Origin: a bacterium
Lineage (GTDB): Bacteria > UBA10199 > 2-02-FULL-50-16 > JAJFLM01
Direction: 5' to 3'
Assembly (NCBI GenBank): GCA_965216315.1
Contig: CBDCFN010000016.1
Location: 1,344,001-1,408,000, forward strand
Length of the DNA stretch: 64,000 nt
Part shown: piece by piece, positions 19,451 through 30,241 of the stretch
Layout: every line of letters begins with the position of its first letter
Position numbering within the stretch: the first letter of the stretch is position 1
Position numbers and translations under genes: made by a program
Notes under the pieces: model-generated
Database searches by the model: none
What the model was told of the DNA's origin: nothing
The model's input: the letters and a program-made list of their open reading frames with translations, nothing else

Positions 19451-20173
19451 ATGCCTATGACTGCAAAGCTCGGTATCAACATTGACCATGTCGCAACCAT
19501 TCGCCAAGCGCGTGGCACACCTTATCCTGACATTCTTGAAGCGGCAAAGACATCGATTCGCGGCGGCGCGGATCAGATTACCATCCATCTCCGTGAAGAT
19601 CGTAGACACATCCAGGATGATGATGTGGAACAAATCCGCCGTACCATCTCGGTTCCCCTCAATCTTGAAATGGCCGCGACCGACGAAATGGTAGCCAAAG
19701 CTCTCGCATACAAGCCTCACCGCGTAACGCTCGTTCCGGAAAAGCGCCGTGAGTTGACAACGGAAGGGGGCTTGGACGTCGTTAAAAAAAATCGTCGCAT
19801 CAAGAAGGTCGTCTCAACCCTTGAAAATGCCGATATTCAGACCAGCCTTTTTATCGATCCCGAAGAGGATCAGATCAATGCAACACTTGAGACCGGTTGT
19901 CAGGCCATCGAACTTCACACCGGGTGTTATGCTGATGCGCCCACCGAACCGGAACAGGCTGCTGAAATCGAACGCATTATTATTGCGGCACGCTACGCAA
20001 CCAGCCAAAATATGTTTGTTGCCGCGGGCCATGGACTCCACATCCACAACATTACCGCCATGGCGGCCATCAGGGAAATCAAAGAGTTCAACATCGGACA
20101 CAGTATAATAGCGAGAGCCATTTTCATTGGACTTGAAGCAGCCGTTAAGGAAATGAAACAATTATTAACCTAA
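19451..20173 (+). CDS. pdxJ: Pyridoxine 5'-phosphate synthase
   Basis: NIDHVATIRQAR, HLREDRRHI, IELHTG, NIGHS. Confidence 0.97.
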   Translation: MPMTAKLGINIDHVATIRQARGTPYPDILEAAKTSIRGGADQITIHLREDRRHIQDDDVEQIRRTISVPLNLEMAATDEMVAKALAYKPHRVTLVPEKRRELTTEGGLDVVKKNRRIKKVVSTLENADIQTSLFIDPEEDQINATLETGCQAIELHTGCYADAPTEPEQAAEIERIIIAARYATSQNMFVAAGHGLHIHNITAMAAIREIKEFNIGHSIIARAIFIGLEAAVKEMKQLLT

Positions 20174-20189
20174 ATGCGAGCCTCTATTA

Positions 20190-21773
20190 ATGATACCTGT
20201 TCTTACTGGCAAGCAAGTTCGCAAAATTGATCAACACGCGATTGAGCAACATAAAGTTCCTTCACTTGATCTGATGGAAGCCGCTGGACGCGGGGCTTAT
20301 GAGTTTTTGGAAAGTGTTCAACCCGATCTTAAAAAAAATCGGGTCTTAGTCTTGTGTGGCAAAGGAAATAATGGAGGTGACGGCTTTGTTATTGCCCGCG
20401 CCTTGATCAAAGACTGGGTTAAGTGCACTGTCGCAACGACGACAGCACTCAGTGAACTCTCTCCCGATGCCCTCAATATGGCGAAAAAATTCAAGCAGAC
20501 GGGGGGCAAAATCATCCATCAGCCTAAGCTAAGCAAACTCGATCAGCTCATCGAGGAGGCGGATCTGATTGTTGATGCGCTCCTGGGAACCGGCATTCAA
20601 AAAAATGTACGCAGCCCTTATTCCGATTGGATTGAACGGGTCAATGCCTCCCGCAAGGCCGTGCTTGCTTTAGATATTCCGTCCGGCTTGCACGTCGATA
20701 CCGGGCGCGTCCTTGGAAAGGCCATTGAAGCCGACTGGACAGCGACCTTTGCCTTCATGAAACTTGGACTCACACAAGCACCGGGGTGCGAACATGCAGG
20801 CGAAATAGCCGTCATCGATATTGGGATTCCCACCGCGTTGAAAAAGAAAGTTCGTACGCCGTATCGTCTCGTCGAAGCGAACAGCATCCGCTCCGCCTTT
20901 CAGATACGTTCTTCCGACACACACAAAGGCAATTACGGCCACGTCCTTATCATTGCCGGTTCACCGACAAAACTAGGCGCCGCTTTGATGACGGCGAAAA
21001 GTTGTCTGCGCAGCGGTGCCGGCCTGGCAACCTTGGCCCTGCCCGAGAAGGCCTTTACCCGAATTCCCCAACAATTTTTGGAGCTCATGTATGAACCGGT
21101 CAATTCAACCAGCCGGGGAGAACTTGCAGCGACGGCCTTCAGGCAGATCAAATCTATCTGGAATGATAAAAAGGTAATTGCCCTCGGACCCGGCATCGGA
21201 GTGAACCCAAGTACAAAGCGTTTAGTCAGAAGCATAGTAGAAAACACGCCCGTCCCGCTTGTAATCGATGCCGACGGCATTAATTGTCTACAGGGACATT
21301 TAGCGAGCCTTAGCAAGGCCCCACGCCCGGTCGTGCTCACACCACATCCCGGAGAAATGGCGCGCTTGTTGGGTATCACGACGCGCGCATTACAAAAAGA
21401 TCGCATCAAGTATGCCCGGCGTTTCGCACAAGAGCATCAGGTTACTATCGTTCTTAAGGGATATAGAACCCTCAGTGTTTTTCCCGACGGCAAAGTCTAC
21501 ATCAATCCAACCGGCAACCCCGCAATGGCCACAGCCGGCATGGGAGATGTCTTAACCGGAATCATCAGTGCTTTTCTATCTCAGGGACTCCGTTGGGTGG
21601 AGGCGATTACGGCAGCTGTTTATCTCCACGGTCTTGCCGGAGACCGTCTGGCCGATCGAATGGGGGACAGGGGCTTACTCGCCGGAGACGTTATCGACTC
21701 GCTGCCTTTTGTTATGAAGGATTTTGTTCCCTCGAAACGAAAACTGCATTCATTCGAACTATCAACCCACTGA
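20190..21773 (+). CDS. nnr: Bifunctional NAD(P)HX epimerase/dehydratase
   Basis: LMEAAG, CGKGNNGGDG, DIPSG, HKGNYG, IDADG, TPHPGE, AGMGDVL. Confidence 0.95.
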   Translation: MIPVLTGKQVRKIDQHAIEQHKVPSLDLMEAAGRGAYEFLESVQPDLKKNRVLVLCGKGNNGGDGFVIARALIKDWVKCTVATTTALSELSPDALNMAKKFKQTGGKIIHQPKLSKLDQLIEEADLIVDALLGTGIQKNVRSPYSDWIERVNASRKAVLALDIPSGLHVDTGRVLGKAIEADWTATFAFMKLGLTQAPGCEHAGEIAVIDIGIPTALKKKVRTPYRLVEANSIRSAFQIRSSDTHKGNYGHVLIIAGSPTKLGAALMTAKSCLRSGAGLATLALPEKAFTRIPQQFLELMYEPVNSTSRGELAATAFRQIKSIWNDKKVIALGPGIGVNPSTKRLVRSIVENTPVPLVIDADGINCLQGHLASLSKAPRPVVLTPHPGEMARLLGITTRALQKDRIKYARRFAQEHQVTIVLKGYRTLSVFPDGKVYINPTGNPAMATAGMGDVLTGIISAFLSQGLRWVEAITAAVYLHGLAGDRLADRMGDRGLLAGDVIDSLPFVMKDFVPSKRKLHSFELSTH

Positions 21774-22177
21774 TGGAAACACTCACTCAGACTCCGGAAC
21801 AAACCCGCGACTTAGCCGCCAATTTTGCCCGCCAACTGCCCCCGCACGCTATCGTAGGGCTCAGCGGCACACTGGGTGCCGGCAAGACCGTTTTTGTCCA
21901 AGGAATGGCCGTTGGCCTCGGGATTGATCCGGAGGGCTACGTAACCTCACCAACGTTTGCGTTGATCCATGAATACGGCAAACTGATCCATTTTGATCTC
22001 TATCGCCTCAATTCCTTCGCGGAATTACTCGATATCGGCCTGGAGGACTATGCCGCCCAGGAGGGGATACTCGTCTTGGAGTGGGCCAATCGCTTTCCGG
22101 AGCTCGTTAAACAACTGACTCATCGGATTGAAATTGAGATTGTAAAGGAAGAAACCCGTCGCATCACCATTTCTTGA
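21773..22177 (+). CDS. tsaE: tRNA threonylcarbamoyladenosine biosynthesis ATPase TsaE
   Basis: LGAGKT, VTSPTF, HFDLYRL, EW; TGATG coupling to nnr. Confidence 0.93.
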   Translation: METLTQTPEQTRDLAANFARQLPPHAIVGLSGTLGAGKTVFVQGMAVGLGIDPEGYVTSPTFALIHEYGKLIHFDLYRLNSFAELLDIGLEDYAAQEGILVLEWANRFPELVKQLTHRIEIEIVKEETRRITIS

Positions 22178-22212
22178 CATATGGCCTGCATGTCCTCGAT
22201 ATTAGGCGACTT

Positions 22213-23460
22213 ATGGCCTTAATCGTCCAAAAATTCGGCGGGACCTCCGTGGCGGATCCGGAGCGCATCAAAAAAGTGGCAGCGCGGGTGCGGCGCTCAC
22301 ATGAGGCCGATAATCAGGTGGTCGTCGTTGTCTCCGCGATGGCCGGAGAGACTAACCACTTGGAGCGACTCGCTCATCAAGTTCACCCGGAACCAAACGG
22401 CATTCGTGAGTACGACATGCTGCTCTCCACCGGTGAACAAGTGACGATCGCACTCCTCGCGTTGGCACTCCAGGCAGAGGGGATGAAGGCCTGCTCCTTT
22501 CTCGGCCACCAAGTGCACATCAAGACCGACAGTTCCTTTTCGAAGGCGCGGATTAAATCGATTGATGATACGGTCATCCGTAAGGCCTTAGGCGAAGGGC
22601 ACATCGTCGTCGTCGCTGGATTTCAGGGGATTGACGAAGATGGTAATATAACCACACTAGGTCGAGGGGGCTCGGACACCTCGGCAGTGGCCCTAGCCGC
22701 GGCACTGCGTGCCAATGCCTGTGAGATTTATACAGATGTGGATGGGGTCTACACGGCCGATCCGCGTGTTTGCGAGGATGCGTGCCGGCTCGAAAAGATC
22801 TCGTATGAAGAAATGCTGGAATTTGCTTCGGCAGGGGCTAAGGTCCTGCAGAATCGCTCGGTTGAACTGGCAGCGAAACATCATGTTCCGCTCCTGGTGA
22901 AGTCATCGTTTACAGAAGGAAAGGGAACTATCGTGACCCATGAAGATTCAGACATGGAGCAACTCCTGGTTTCGGGTGTGGCCCATAATAAAAATGAAGC
23001 GAAAATTGCCGTCCGTCACTTGGCGGATGAACCGGGTATTGCGGCCCGCTTATTCATGCCGATTGCGGAAGCCAATGTGAACGTCGACATGATCGTTCAG
23101 AACGTCAGCGCCGATGGATTTACCGATCTGACTTTCACGGTTCCGCAAAATGAACTGAGCCGGGCGGTTCGCGTCGCCGAAGAATTTACCAAGGACATGA
23201 AAGGTTCCAGCATTGAAACCGATGAGGATATCGCCAAGGTGTCCGTGATCGGTGTCGGCATGCGCTCGCACGCAGGCGTCGCCGCAACGATGTTCAATCG
23301 CTTGGCCAATGCAGGGATTAATATCGAAATGATTTCGACCTCGGAAATAAAGATCAGCGTGGTTATCCGTGCAAGCCAAATGGAAAAGGCCGTTAATGAA
23401 TTGCATCAAGCATTTGATTTAGGCGAACTGAAGACAATCGCATCGAACAATAATACGTAG
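22213..23460 (+). CDS. lysC: Aspartokinase
   Basis: [30 protein letters not shown], two ACT domains. Confidence 0.96.
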   Translation: MALIVQKFGGTSVADPERIKKVAARVRRSHEADNQVVVVVSAMAGETNHLERLAHQVHPEPNGIREYDMLLSTGEQVTIALLALALQAEGMKACSFLGHQVHIKTDSSFSKARIKSIDDTVIRKALGEGHIVVVAGFQGIDEDGNITTLGRGGSDTSAVALAAALRANACEIYTDVDGVYTADPRVCEDACRLEKISYEEMLEFASAGAKVLQNRSVELAAKHHVPLLVKSSFTEGKGTIVTHEDSDMEQLLVSGVAHNKNEAKIAVRHLADEPGIAARLFMPIAEANVNVDMIVQNVSADGFTDLTFTVPQNELSRAVRVAEEFTKDMKGSSIETDEDIAKVSVIGVGMRSHAGVAATMFNRLANAGINIEMISTSEIKISVVIRASQMEKAVNELHQAFDLGELKTIASNNNT

Positions 23461-23466
23461 GACCCT

Positions 23467-25056
23467 ATGAAGAATAAAGTCTATCTCTATGACACGACCC
23501 TCCGTGATGGGACCCAGGGTGAGGATATTGCCTTTACCGTGGAAGACAAACTTCGTTTGTCTCAACGCCTTGACGAAGTCGGAATGGCCTATATCGAAGG
23601 AGGTTGGCCCGGCTCGAATCCGCGTGATCTGACGTTCTTTGAGGAAGCTAAGCGGCTGAAACTCAAAAACGCCAAGCTGGCGGCCTTTGGCTCTACCTGT
23701 CATCCCAAGAAGAAACCATCCGCTTATTTCAAGCCTCTCGTGCAGGCGGAGACACCCGTCGTGACGCTCTTTGGAAAGTCGTGGCGCCTCCATGTCGAGA
23801 AGGCACTCGGGGTTTCCTTGCAGGAAAACCTCGACCTCATTGCCAATTCGATGCGTTATCTACAGAAGAAGGCCGACGAACTCATCTTTGATGCCGAACA
23901 CTTCTTTGACGGTTATAAAGACGATCCGGAATACGCGCTGAAAAGCCTCGAAGCCGCCGTGCAAGGCGGCGCCGACTGGGTCGTTTTATGCGATACCAAT
24001 GGCGGAACAATGCCACATGAATTAGCCCCGATCCTAACCGCGGTGCAAGCGCGTATTAAGGTCCCGCTTGGTATTCACGTCCATAACGATGCGGAGTTGG
24101 GGGTCGCCAATTCAATCGAGGCCGTGCGCCTCGGCGCGCGCCAGGTACACGGAACCATTAACGGAATCGGGGAGCGCTGCGGTAATGCGAATCTCGTCTC
24201 GATCCTGCCGAATTTGCAATTGAAGATGGGATATAAATGCGTCACCGCGGCTCAACTCAAGAAATTGCGCTCGATGAGCCGTCTCGTCGATGAACTCGCC
24301 AATCAGATGCCACGCAACAACCAGGCCTACGTCGGCAACTCCGCGTTCGCTCACAAGGGCGGCGTGCATGTCAGTGCGGTCCGCAAGGACAGCCAGACTT
24401 ATGAGCACTTAGAGCCGGAGCTCGTCGGGAATCGGCGCCGCATCCTCGTCAGCGATCTCTCCGGTCAATCCAATATCCTTTACAAAGCGGAGGAGTTCGG
24501 TATTGAACTCAAGGCCAAGGATGCGGTGACACGCCAGATCGTCAATGATCTCAAGAAACTGGAACATAAGGGCTATCAGTTTGAGGGGGCGGAGGCCTCT
24601 TTTGAATTACTGATGCATAAGGCCCTCAAAAAACATAAACCTTTCTTTAAGCTGGTCGGCTTCCGCGTCATCGATGAAAAACACCCGAGTGGCGATCAAC
24701 CTTATTCCGAGGCCACGATCCAGATTGAAGTCGATGGGCGCCAGGAGCACACGGCAGCGGAAGGGCACGGTCCGGTGAATTCACTCGACAAGGCCCTGCG
24801 CAAGGCCTTGAATCGCTTCTATCCGGAGCTTGAGGAGGTGCGACTCGTCGACTATAAGGTAAGAGTCTTGCCAGCGTCGCAGAAAAACGGCGAAAGCGGC
24901 ACGGCGAGTCTCGTGCGCGTCCTCGTGGAATCAGCGGACGCGCATGAACGCTGGGGAACCGTCGGCGTCTCCGAAAACATTATTCAGGCTTCTTGGATTG
25001 CCCTCGTCGATGCCTTGGAATATAAGTTGATGAAGGCCCGCAAAAAAAGGGCATAA
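23467..25056 (+). CDS. cimA: Citramalate synthase
   Basis: [44 protein letters not shown]. Confidence 0.92.
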   Translation: MKNKVYLYDTTLRDGTQGEDIAFTVEDKLRLSQRLDEVGMAYIEGGWPGSNPRDLTFFEEAKRLKLKNAKLAAFGSTCHPKKKPSAYFKPLVQAETPVVTLFGKSWRLHVEKALGVSLQENLDLIANSMRYLQKKADELIFDAEHFFDGYKDDPEYALKSLEAAVQGGADWVVLCDTNGGTMPHELAPILTAVQARIKVPLGIHVHNDAELGVANSIEAVRLGARQVHGTINGIGERCGNANLVSILPNLQLKMGYKCVTAAQLKKLRSMSRLVDELANQMPRNNQAYVGNSAFAHKGGVHVSAVRKDSQTYEHLEPELVGNRRRILVSDLSGQSNILYKAEEFGIELKAKDAVTRQIVNDLKKLEHKGYQFEGAEASFELLMHKALKKHKPFFKLVGFRVIDEKHPSGDQPYSEATIQIEVDGRQEHTAAEGHGPVNSLDKALRKALNRFYPELEEVRLVDYKVRVLPASQKNGESGTASLVRVLVESADAHERWGTVGVSENIIQASWIALVDALEYKLMKARKKRA

Positions 25057-25133
25057 ACAGCGCCAATCCGCACGGCTGGCTGATCGGCGCAAAATAGGGT
25101 AGAATCCAGGTAATAGATGGGAGAGATGACCGG

Positions 25134-25180
25134 CTACTTTTTATCATTTTGATAAATTTATCATTTTGATAATAAAGTAG
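25134..25180. promoter_or_regulatory. Tandem 17-bp palindromic operators (TTTATCA-N3-TGATAAA x2), probable enhancer for a sigma54 activator
   Basis: Copies at 25140-25156 and 25157-25173 flanked by ctacttt/aaagtag; about 75-110 bp upstream of a -24/-12 promoter. Confidence 0.7.
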
Positions 25181-25247
25181 GAGTGAGTGAGGCCAGGAAA
25201 AGTGTGTGATTTCAGGTGCGTAGTAGATAAACCCTCTAATTGATTCT

Positions 25248-25263
25248 TGGCATAATCTTTGCA
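25248..25263 (+). promoter_or_regulatory. Sigma54 (-24/-12) promoter
   Basis: TGGCAT-AATCT-TTGCA matches TGGCAY-N5-TTGCW. Confidence 0.75.
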
Positions 25264-25379
25264 GTTATTAAGTGATTGATGACTGTTCACCCAAGGTCGG
25301 TCTCTCGAGCAACTCGAGGCGAAGGCCGCTGCGATAACGAGGTGAAGGTGCTAATAAATTCCTTAGGGAGGATTTAAGT

Positions 25380-28300
25380 ATGAAATCAGGCGCATATAAA
25401 TTTTGGACTCGTTGCTTAACATTTGCGGGTCTCGCCGGGATCTTATTAATCGGGGCGTCCGCTGATTCTCTCTTCGCGCAGGCCGCGAAACCGGCGGAGC
25501 CGGCTTTTTTTCAACCCCATCCTCTCTATGAAAATGCCCGCCCCAATGGTTGGCCGGCGGCGATTCCAAATGTGGATACCAATAGCTATCCCTGCACGAC
25601 GGGAACGGTTAAGTCGGCGCCATACAACTACGACTCACACTGTAACGACTATTTCCTGGCCTACGATCAAGGGCCGATGCTCTCCGGGATCCAAAATACC
25701 AATCCACACCAGATCATCATGCGCCCGATGATGTACTGGCCGCTCTGTCCGCTCGATGTCTACATCGACGCGGGAGAGGGGATGGCCGGCGACAAGTTTG
25801 GCTTAGGCTGGCTCTTTGACGGTAAGTATTCTTATTCCGGTTGCTGGGGCCTTTATGATGCGATCACCGCGCCTTACGTCGACCGCACGAATAATCCCGA
25901 GAACTATCTGCTGAGCAATACCGTTGCCGACGCCTACGGTGACGGCACGGATAGCGTCTCTCCGTTCTTCGATGCAGACAACGCCCACAACCCCGTCAGC
26001 CTTGCTTTTGAAAACGACAAGATCATTCCCGAAGGGGAGGGGCTGTTGCCGATCAGCACAACGACGGGCTACTTCGTCCGCAAAAACATCATGGACATGG
26101 CGGCCGGCGATGTCTCGATCAAGCTGGGTTCCATGTTTGATGTCGCGACCCTCCTGCGCGGGGCCGATGGGAACAGCGAAGGCTACGTCAGCTTTCTTCA
26201 TCATACGGGCCTCAAAGAATCCTATACCTGTCACCAGACCGCCTTCGATCCCTGTGGCTCGCCGTGTAAAGACGACCCTTACGAAAATGCAGCCGCCTGC
26301 CAAGCCTGCATCTCGGGCGATGCGACCAAGGCCCAACAGGTTTCGGACAACTTGGAGGCCTGCACCAAGACTTATGAGTACGGCTCCGATGCCGCCTATA
26401 AGGACATCATGCTCGAGGGGACCAAGAACCCCGTCTTCATTCTCGGGCTGCCCTTATCGAGCGGTGTCCGGCGCGACGCAAACGGAGAACTGGCCCCGGT
26501 TGGCCATATCAAGGTGCCGCCCTTTGATGGTAGATTGGCCATCGGTGTGAAGGTGGGCGAGGCAGCGCCGGCGCCGGCAGAAGAAGTGGGCCCCCCGGCT
26601 GAAGAGGCGGGCGACGAAGCCCCCGCGGAAGCAGCCGATGAGGTCGCCGCACCCGCTGCGGGTAACGTCGGTAACATTAAAGACTTTGTCGCCCGCAAAC
26701 TGAACATTCCTCCCCGTTTCTTCGTCGCCGACCGCTTTGGCATGGACTGCTTCGGCCGCGACAGTAGCGGCGGCACTGAGACCCGTTTTATCCGCTACCG
26801 CAATCCGACGATCAATGCGGTGGGTGACATTATCGATACGGCCAACGATGCCGATGCCATTCCCGACTTGGAGGACACGCAGGGTATCGTCGCATACAAG
26901 ACCGATGGTGCCCCCGCTATCAACTTAAATACGACCCTGCCGGCGCCGCCGGAAACCAAGCGTTGCGGATCGCTGATCTTCTACACGACGGGAAAGGATG
27001 GAGCCGGCAACCCCACCGTCAATCCGGTCAAGAAGGATAATAAGATCTATCGCATCCCCGTAGGTTACAACCCAGTGATGTGTGAATACGGCCATGACCT
27101 GACCGGCGATACCGGTCCCGATATCATCTGCACCAATGCCGGCTCACCGACCGAGAATATCGCCGGCTCGATCACGGTCGTCAGCTGTCCGATGAACGCC
27201 AAGCAACATCCGGATCCAACCGGTGATGACCCTTATTACTCTTTAGATGATGCCGGCAACATCAAACACGATCCACTCTGTCAGAAGGGCTGGGTCGTTC
27301 ACGACTTCCCGATCAAGGCCGATGCCCCCGTCTACCATCCTTGGTGGCTGACGACGGCCGTCATGAAAGGCAAGAAATCCCTGAACCCGTCACCGGACAA
27401 GGGTGATCAGTTGAAAAAGGCCTTCGAGAATGCCGCCCGCAATCCGGAGGACTTTGCGGTCACTTACCTGGACGCCTATCAATCCGGGAGTTTCTCCGTT
27501 CACCTGAGCCAGTCGGACGGCGTCGCTCCGGCCAAGAAATTCGCGAATGACCCGAGTTTTGACGTGAATTATATCGATACCGAACCCTTGAGTACGATCG
27601 GGGCACCGCCGCTCGTCGAGCCCATTGTCACGGGCAAAGCCAATTTCCCGCTCGGCATCACGAGCGGCCACTTCGGCAACGTCTCTTACGAAGGTAAGGG
27701 GGCCCTGGGAGCCAACGCGATCATGAATGATTTCTACGCCCATGAGTTCATCTATGGCGGCTACCAAGTGACAATCGATCCCGATGATAACGAAGTCACG
27801 CCTTGTGTTGATCTCGTCATTGGTTTCAACAACGGACGCAAGTCCTGCGTGTTCCGCAACCTGACCGAAGAGACGGGCACTCATAACGTTAAGAAATGTA
27901 CCGGTAAATTCGCAATGCCGGACAAACGCATCGACTGTTCCGATACCTCGACGACCGTCTACAACCAGACGACGGATGACAACGGTAACGGCAACTGGGG
28001 CGATAAATATATCGCTCCGACGCGGCTCGATCTGCTCCAGTTTCAAATCCCCGATAAATCGAATGAAAAAATCTGGAGCTATATGTTCCGCTTGCCGATC
28101 TCGATCAACACGGCAACAGAACGCTCCTACAAGACCGATCTGCTCGGTAATAATTTCATGCCGCGTTTCTATCACGGCGGCCCGGAGATCGATGGCCGTG
28201 TCTTTGACATCCAGATAGACGTCAGTCCGGATCAGGCAGCGCTGAATGGGCCGATTAACTATCTGCCCGACCAACGCGTCTTCGGACCGAACGGCGTGAC

Positions 28301-30131
28301 CGAACTCCAAACCTCGCACCCGCACGTCGATGCCTGTGTGACGCCGAGCTATGAGATGGCGGCGATGATCACGGACACCAAGAATTTCGGTAAAGCCGAT
28401 CTGGAAGGCGGCCTGGTAGAAAACGGCACTTGGTGGACCGGCGACGATACCCCCGCCAAGCACCGTTGTTATCAGCGCCATATGATGCAGGGCGTGGATA
28501 TCACCGCCGATACCTATTACGGCACCGTACCGGCAGCCTGCTGCTTGATGCTGGAAGAACCGGCCAGCCCGGACTACGTCGGCTGGGACAAGATTCTAGC
28601 GACCAAAGAGGCTCAATGCCCCGGTGCAGACCCGATGACATGCTGCGTGAAGCAGAATCTCTTTCCGTTTAATCCGACTCCGGTGACGATCGACTGGAAC
28701 ACGCTGGACGTCAACGGCGCGACCTATGTCGGCGAAGATGCCGCGGCCTGTGATTGTGAGGGCGACCTGCTCGTGAAATACAACGCGGTGCTCGCGCAAC
28801 TCGCGGCGGCTGACTGTGTTGCCAATCCGGTCCTTTGTCAGACCCTGACGAACGATCTTTTATCACTGCAACAAGATCTCTGTGAGTGTAACCCGGTCTT
28901 CCCGTGGTGTGACGACGACGATCCGGATTGTTCGGCCATCGCGGACCCACAAGTCCAGGATTGTTGTGAGGACTGGGTCGCGGCCCATCCGGGCGAAGAT
29001 ATCTGGCCTGGTTTCGTCATCGCGCTGGCGGCGGGTGAAACGGCCTGCACGCCACCGGATGGTGATGGCGATCCCTGTGAAGATCCCTGGGGCAACCCGA
29101 TTCCGAACGTCCCGCTGCCATTCTACGACTGCTGCATGAGTGGCAATTGGGATGCCTGTGATCCGGGCGATGATGACGGGCCCTGTGAAGGTCTGCCGCA
29201 ACCGTGGAAGGATTGCTGTCTGGCCAATGACTGGAGCGCCTGTGAAGGCGACGGCGGTGGCGACCCCGGTGGTGGTGACGAATTCTGCGCGGAATGGATG
29301 CAGCAAAACATCACTGGTGATGACAATGACTGCAACATACAATGCTGCATCCAGATCATCAATAACGGCGGCACCCTTGATCTGAGTGGCGCGGACATCT
29401 GTACCTGCAATGATCCTGGCGGCCTCTGCGAGCAGTTCCCGAATGCACCGGAGTGTCAACCACCGACACCGGACGACTCACCGGCACCGCTCTCCGATCT
29501 CTGTGAAGGGGTCCTGGAGCTGGTTCCGGATAAGCCGGAAAAACCGCGCAAGATCGACGGTAAGGAGGTCGTCACTTTCTACCGGGCCTCGAATGCGGAC
29601 TTCAAGATCAATCTGGGCGCCAATAACGGCCAATTGCTGAAGACGCTCAAGATCGTCGGTCCCGAGGAGAATGCCATGTCCGCGCTGGCTTCTTTTGAGC
29701 CCAACGTCACCATTGAACAAGTCATGGGGACGATGCCTGAGATCACGGTCAAACAAGGACCGGACACGGTGGGCATCTCCTCCGTCAAGGATACGCCGAT
29801 CACGTCGCCGAGCACGATCCTGACCGGTAAATTCCAGGCGGCGGAACCTAATGTCCTCAGGATGACTTGGTCGCTCGCCTGCGAAAAAGACGATCCGAAA
29901 GAGTACTGTAAACACGATGAACCTCACGAGTGGAAGGCGCTCATTACGGCGAACGGACAGACTGCCGAATGTAAGCTACAAGCAATGCGGGCCGGCGGGC
30001 TCCACGGCGGCGCCTGCAGTCTGAACCGCGCCAGCAGTGTCACGGAGACATCACCTTGGGCGGCCGCCATGCTGTTCTTGGTCGGGCTTCCATTGATGCT
30101 GCTACGGAGGAGGTTCGTCCGTAACCGTTAA
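25380..30131 (+). CDS. Large Cys/Asp/Pro-rich secreted surface protein with MYXO-CTERM-like C-terminal anchor
   Basis: N-terminal signal peptide; FG-GAP-like DLTGDTGPDIICTN; DCC...W..AC repeats; C-terminal GGACSL-linker-TM-RRR; GGAGG RBS. Confidence 0.8.
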   Translation: MKSGAYKFWTRCLTFAGLAGILLIGASADSLFAQAAKPAEPAFFQPHPLYENARPNGWPAAIPNVDTNSYPCTTGTVKSAPYNYDSHCNDYFLAYDQGPMLSGIQNTNPHQIIMRPMMYWPLCPLDVYIDAGEGMAGDKFGLGWLFDGKYSYSGCWGLYDAITAPYVDRTNNPENYLLSNTVADAYGDGTDSVSPFFDADNAHNPVSLAFENDKIIPEGEGLLPISTTTGYFVRKNIMDMAAGDVSIKLGSMFDVATLLRGADGNSEGYVSFLHHTGLKESYTCHQTAFDPCGSPCKDDPYENAAACQACISGDATKAQQVSDNLEACTKTYEYGSDAAYKDIMLEGTKNPVFILGLPLSSGVRRDANGELAPVGHIKVPPFDGRLAIGVKVGEAAPAPAEEVGPPAEEAGDEAPAEAADEVAAPAAGNVGNIKDFVARKLNIPPRFFVADRFGMDCFGRDSSGGTETRFIRYRNPTINAVGDIIDTANDADAIPDLEDTQGIVAYKTDGAPAINLNTTLPAPPETKRCGSLIFYTTGKDGAGNPTVNPVKKDNKIYRIPVGYNPVMCEYGHDLTGDTGPDIICTNAGSPTENIAGSITVVSCPMNAKQHPDPTGDDPYYSLDDAGNIKHDPLCQKGWVVHDFPIKADAPVYHPWWLTTAVMKGKKSLNPSPDKGDQLKKAFENAARNPEDFAVTYLDAYQSGSFSVHLSQSDGVAPAKKFANDPSFDVNYIDTEPLSTIGAPPLVEPIVTGKANFPLGITSGHFGNVSYEGKGALGANAIMNDFYAHEFIYGGYQVTIDPDDNEVTPCVDLVIGFNNGRKSCVFRNLTEETGTHNVKKCTGKFAMPDKRIDCSDTSTTVYNQTTDDNGNGNWGDKYIAPTRLDLLQFQIPDKSNEKIWSYMFRLPISINTATERSYKTDLLGNNFMPRFYHGGPEIDGRVFDIQIDVSPDQAALNGPINYLPDQRVFGPNGVTELQTSHPHVDACVTPSYEMAAMITDTKNFGKADLEGGLVENGTWWTGDDTPAKHRCYQRHMMQGVDITADTYYGTVPAACCLMLEEPASPDYVGWDKILATKEAQCPGADPMTCCVKQNLFPFNPTPVTIDWNTLDVNGATYVGEDAAACDCEGDLLVKYNAVLAQLAAADCVANPVLCQTLTNDLLSLQQDLCECNPVFPWCDDDDPDCSAIADPQVQDCCEDWVAAHPGEDIWPGFVIALAAGETACTPPDGDGDPCEDPWGNPIPNVPLPFYDCCMSGNWDACDPGDDDGPCEGLPQPWKDCCLANDWSACEGDGGGDPGGGDEFCAEWMQQNITGDDNDCNIQCCIQIINNGGTLDLSGADICTCNDPGGLCEQFPNAPECQPPTPDDSPAPLSDLCEGVLELVPDKPEKPRKIDGKEVVTFYRASNADFKINLGANNGQLLKTLKIVGPEENAMSALASFEPNVTIEQVMGTMPEITVKQGPDTVGISSVKDTPITSPSTILTGKFQAAEPNVLRMTWSLACEKDDPKEYCKHDEPHEWKALITANGQTAECKLQAMRAGGLHGGACSLNRASSVTETSPWAAAMLFLVGLPLMLLRRRFVRNR

Positions 30132-30202
30132 ATTTGATCCCAAAATCTCCCGTAAGGCAGCTCATCCTTCCTTACCGGGAGTAACCCTAAATCCCTAAGG
30201 GT

Positions 30203-30236
30203 AAACGGCCTGCCGATTGGCAGGCCGTTTGTTTTT
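30203..30236 (+). terminator. Intrinsic terminator between convergent units
   Basis: aaacggcctgcc-gatt-ggcaggccgttt followed by gttttt. Confidence 0.85.
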
Positions 30237-30241
30237 GAGGA

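Noticed and set aside
27390..28481. 363-aa antisense ORF inside the giant gene
   Set aside because: Typical shadow ORF of a GC-rich gene; no motif or RBS; the same applies to other nested ORFs in the track
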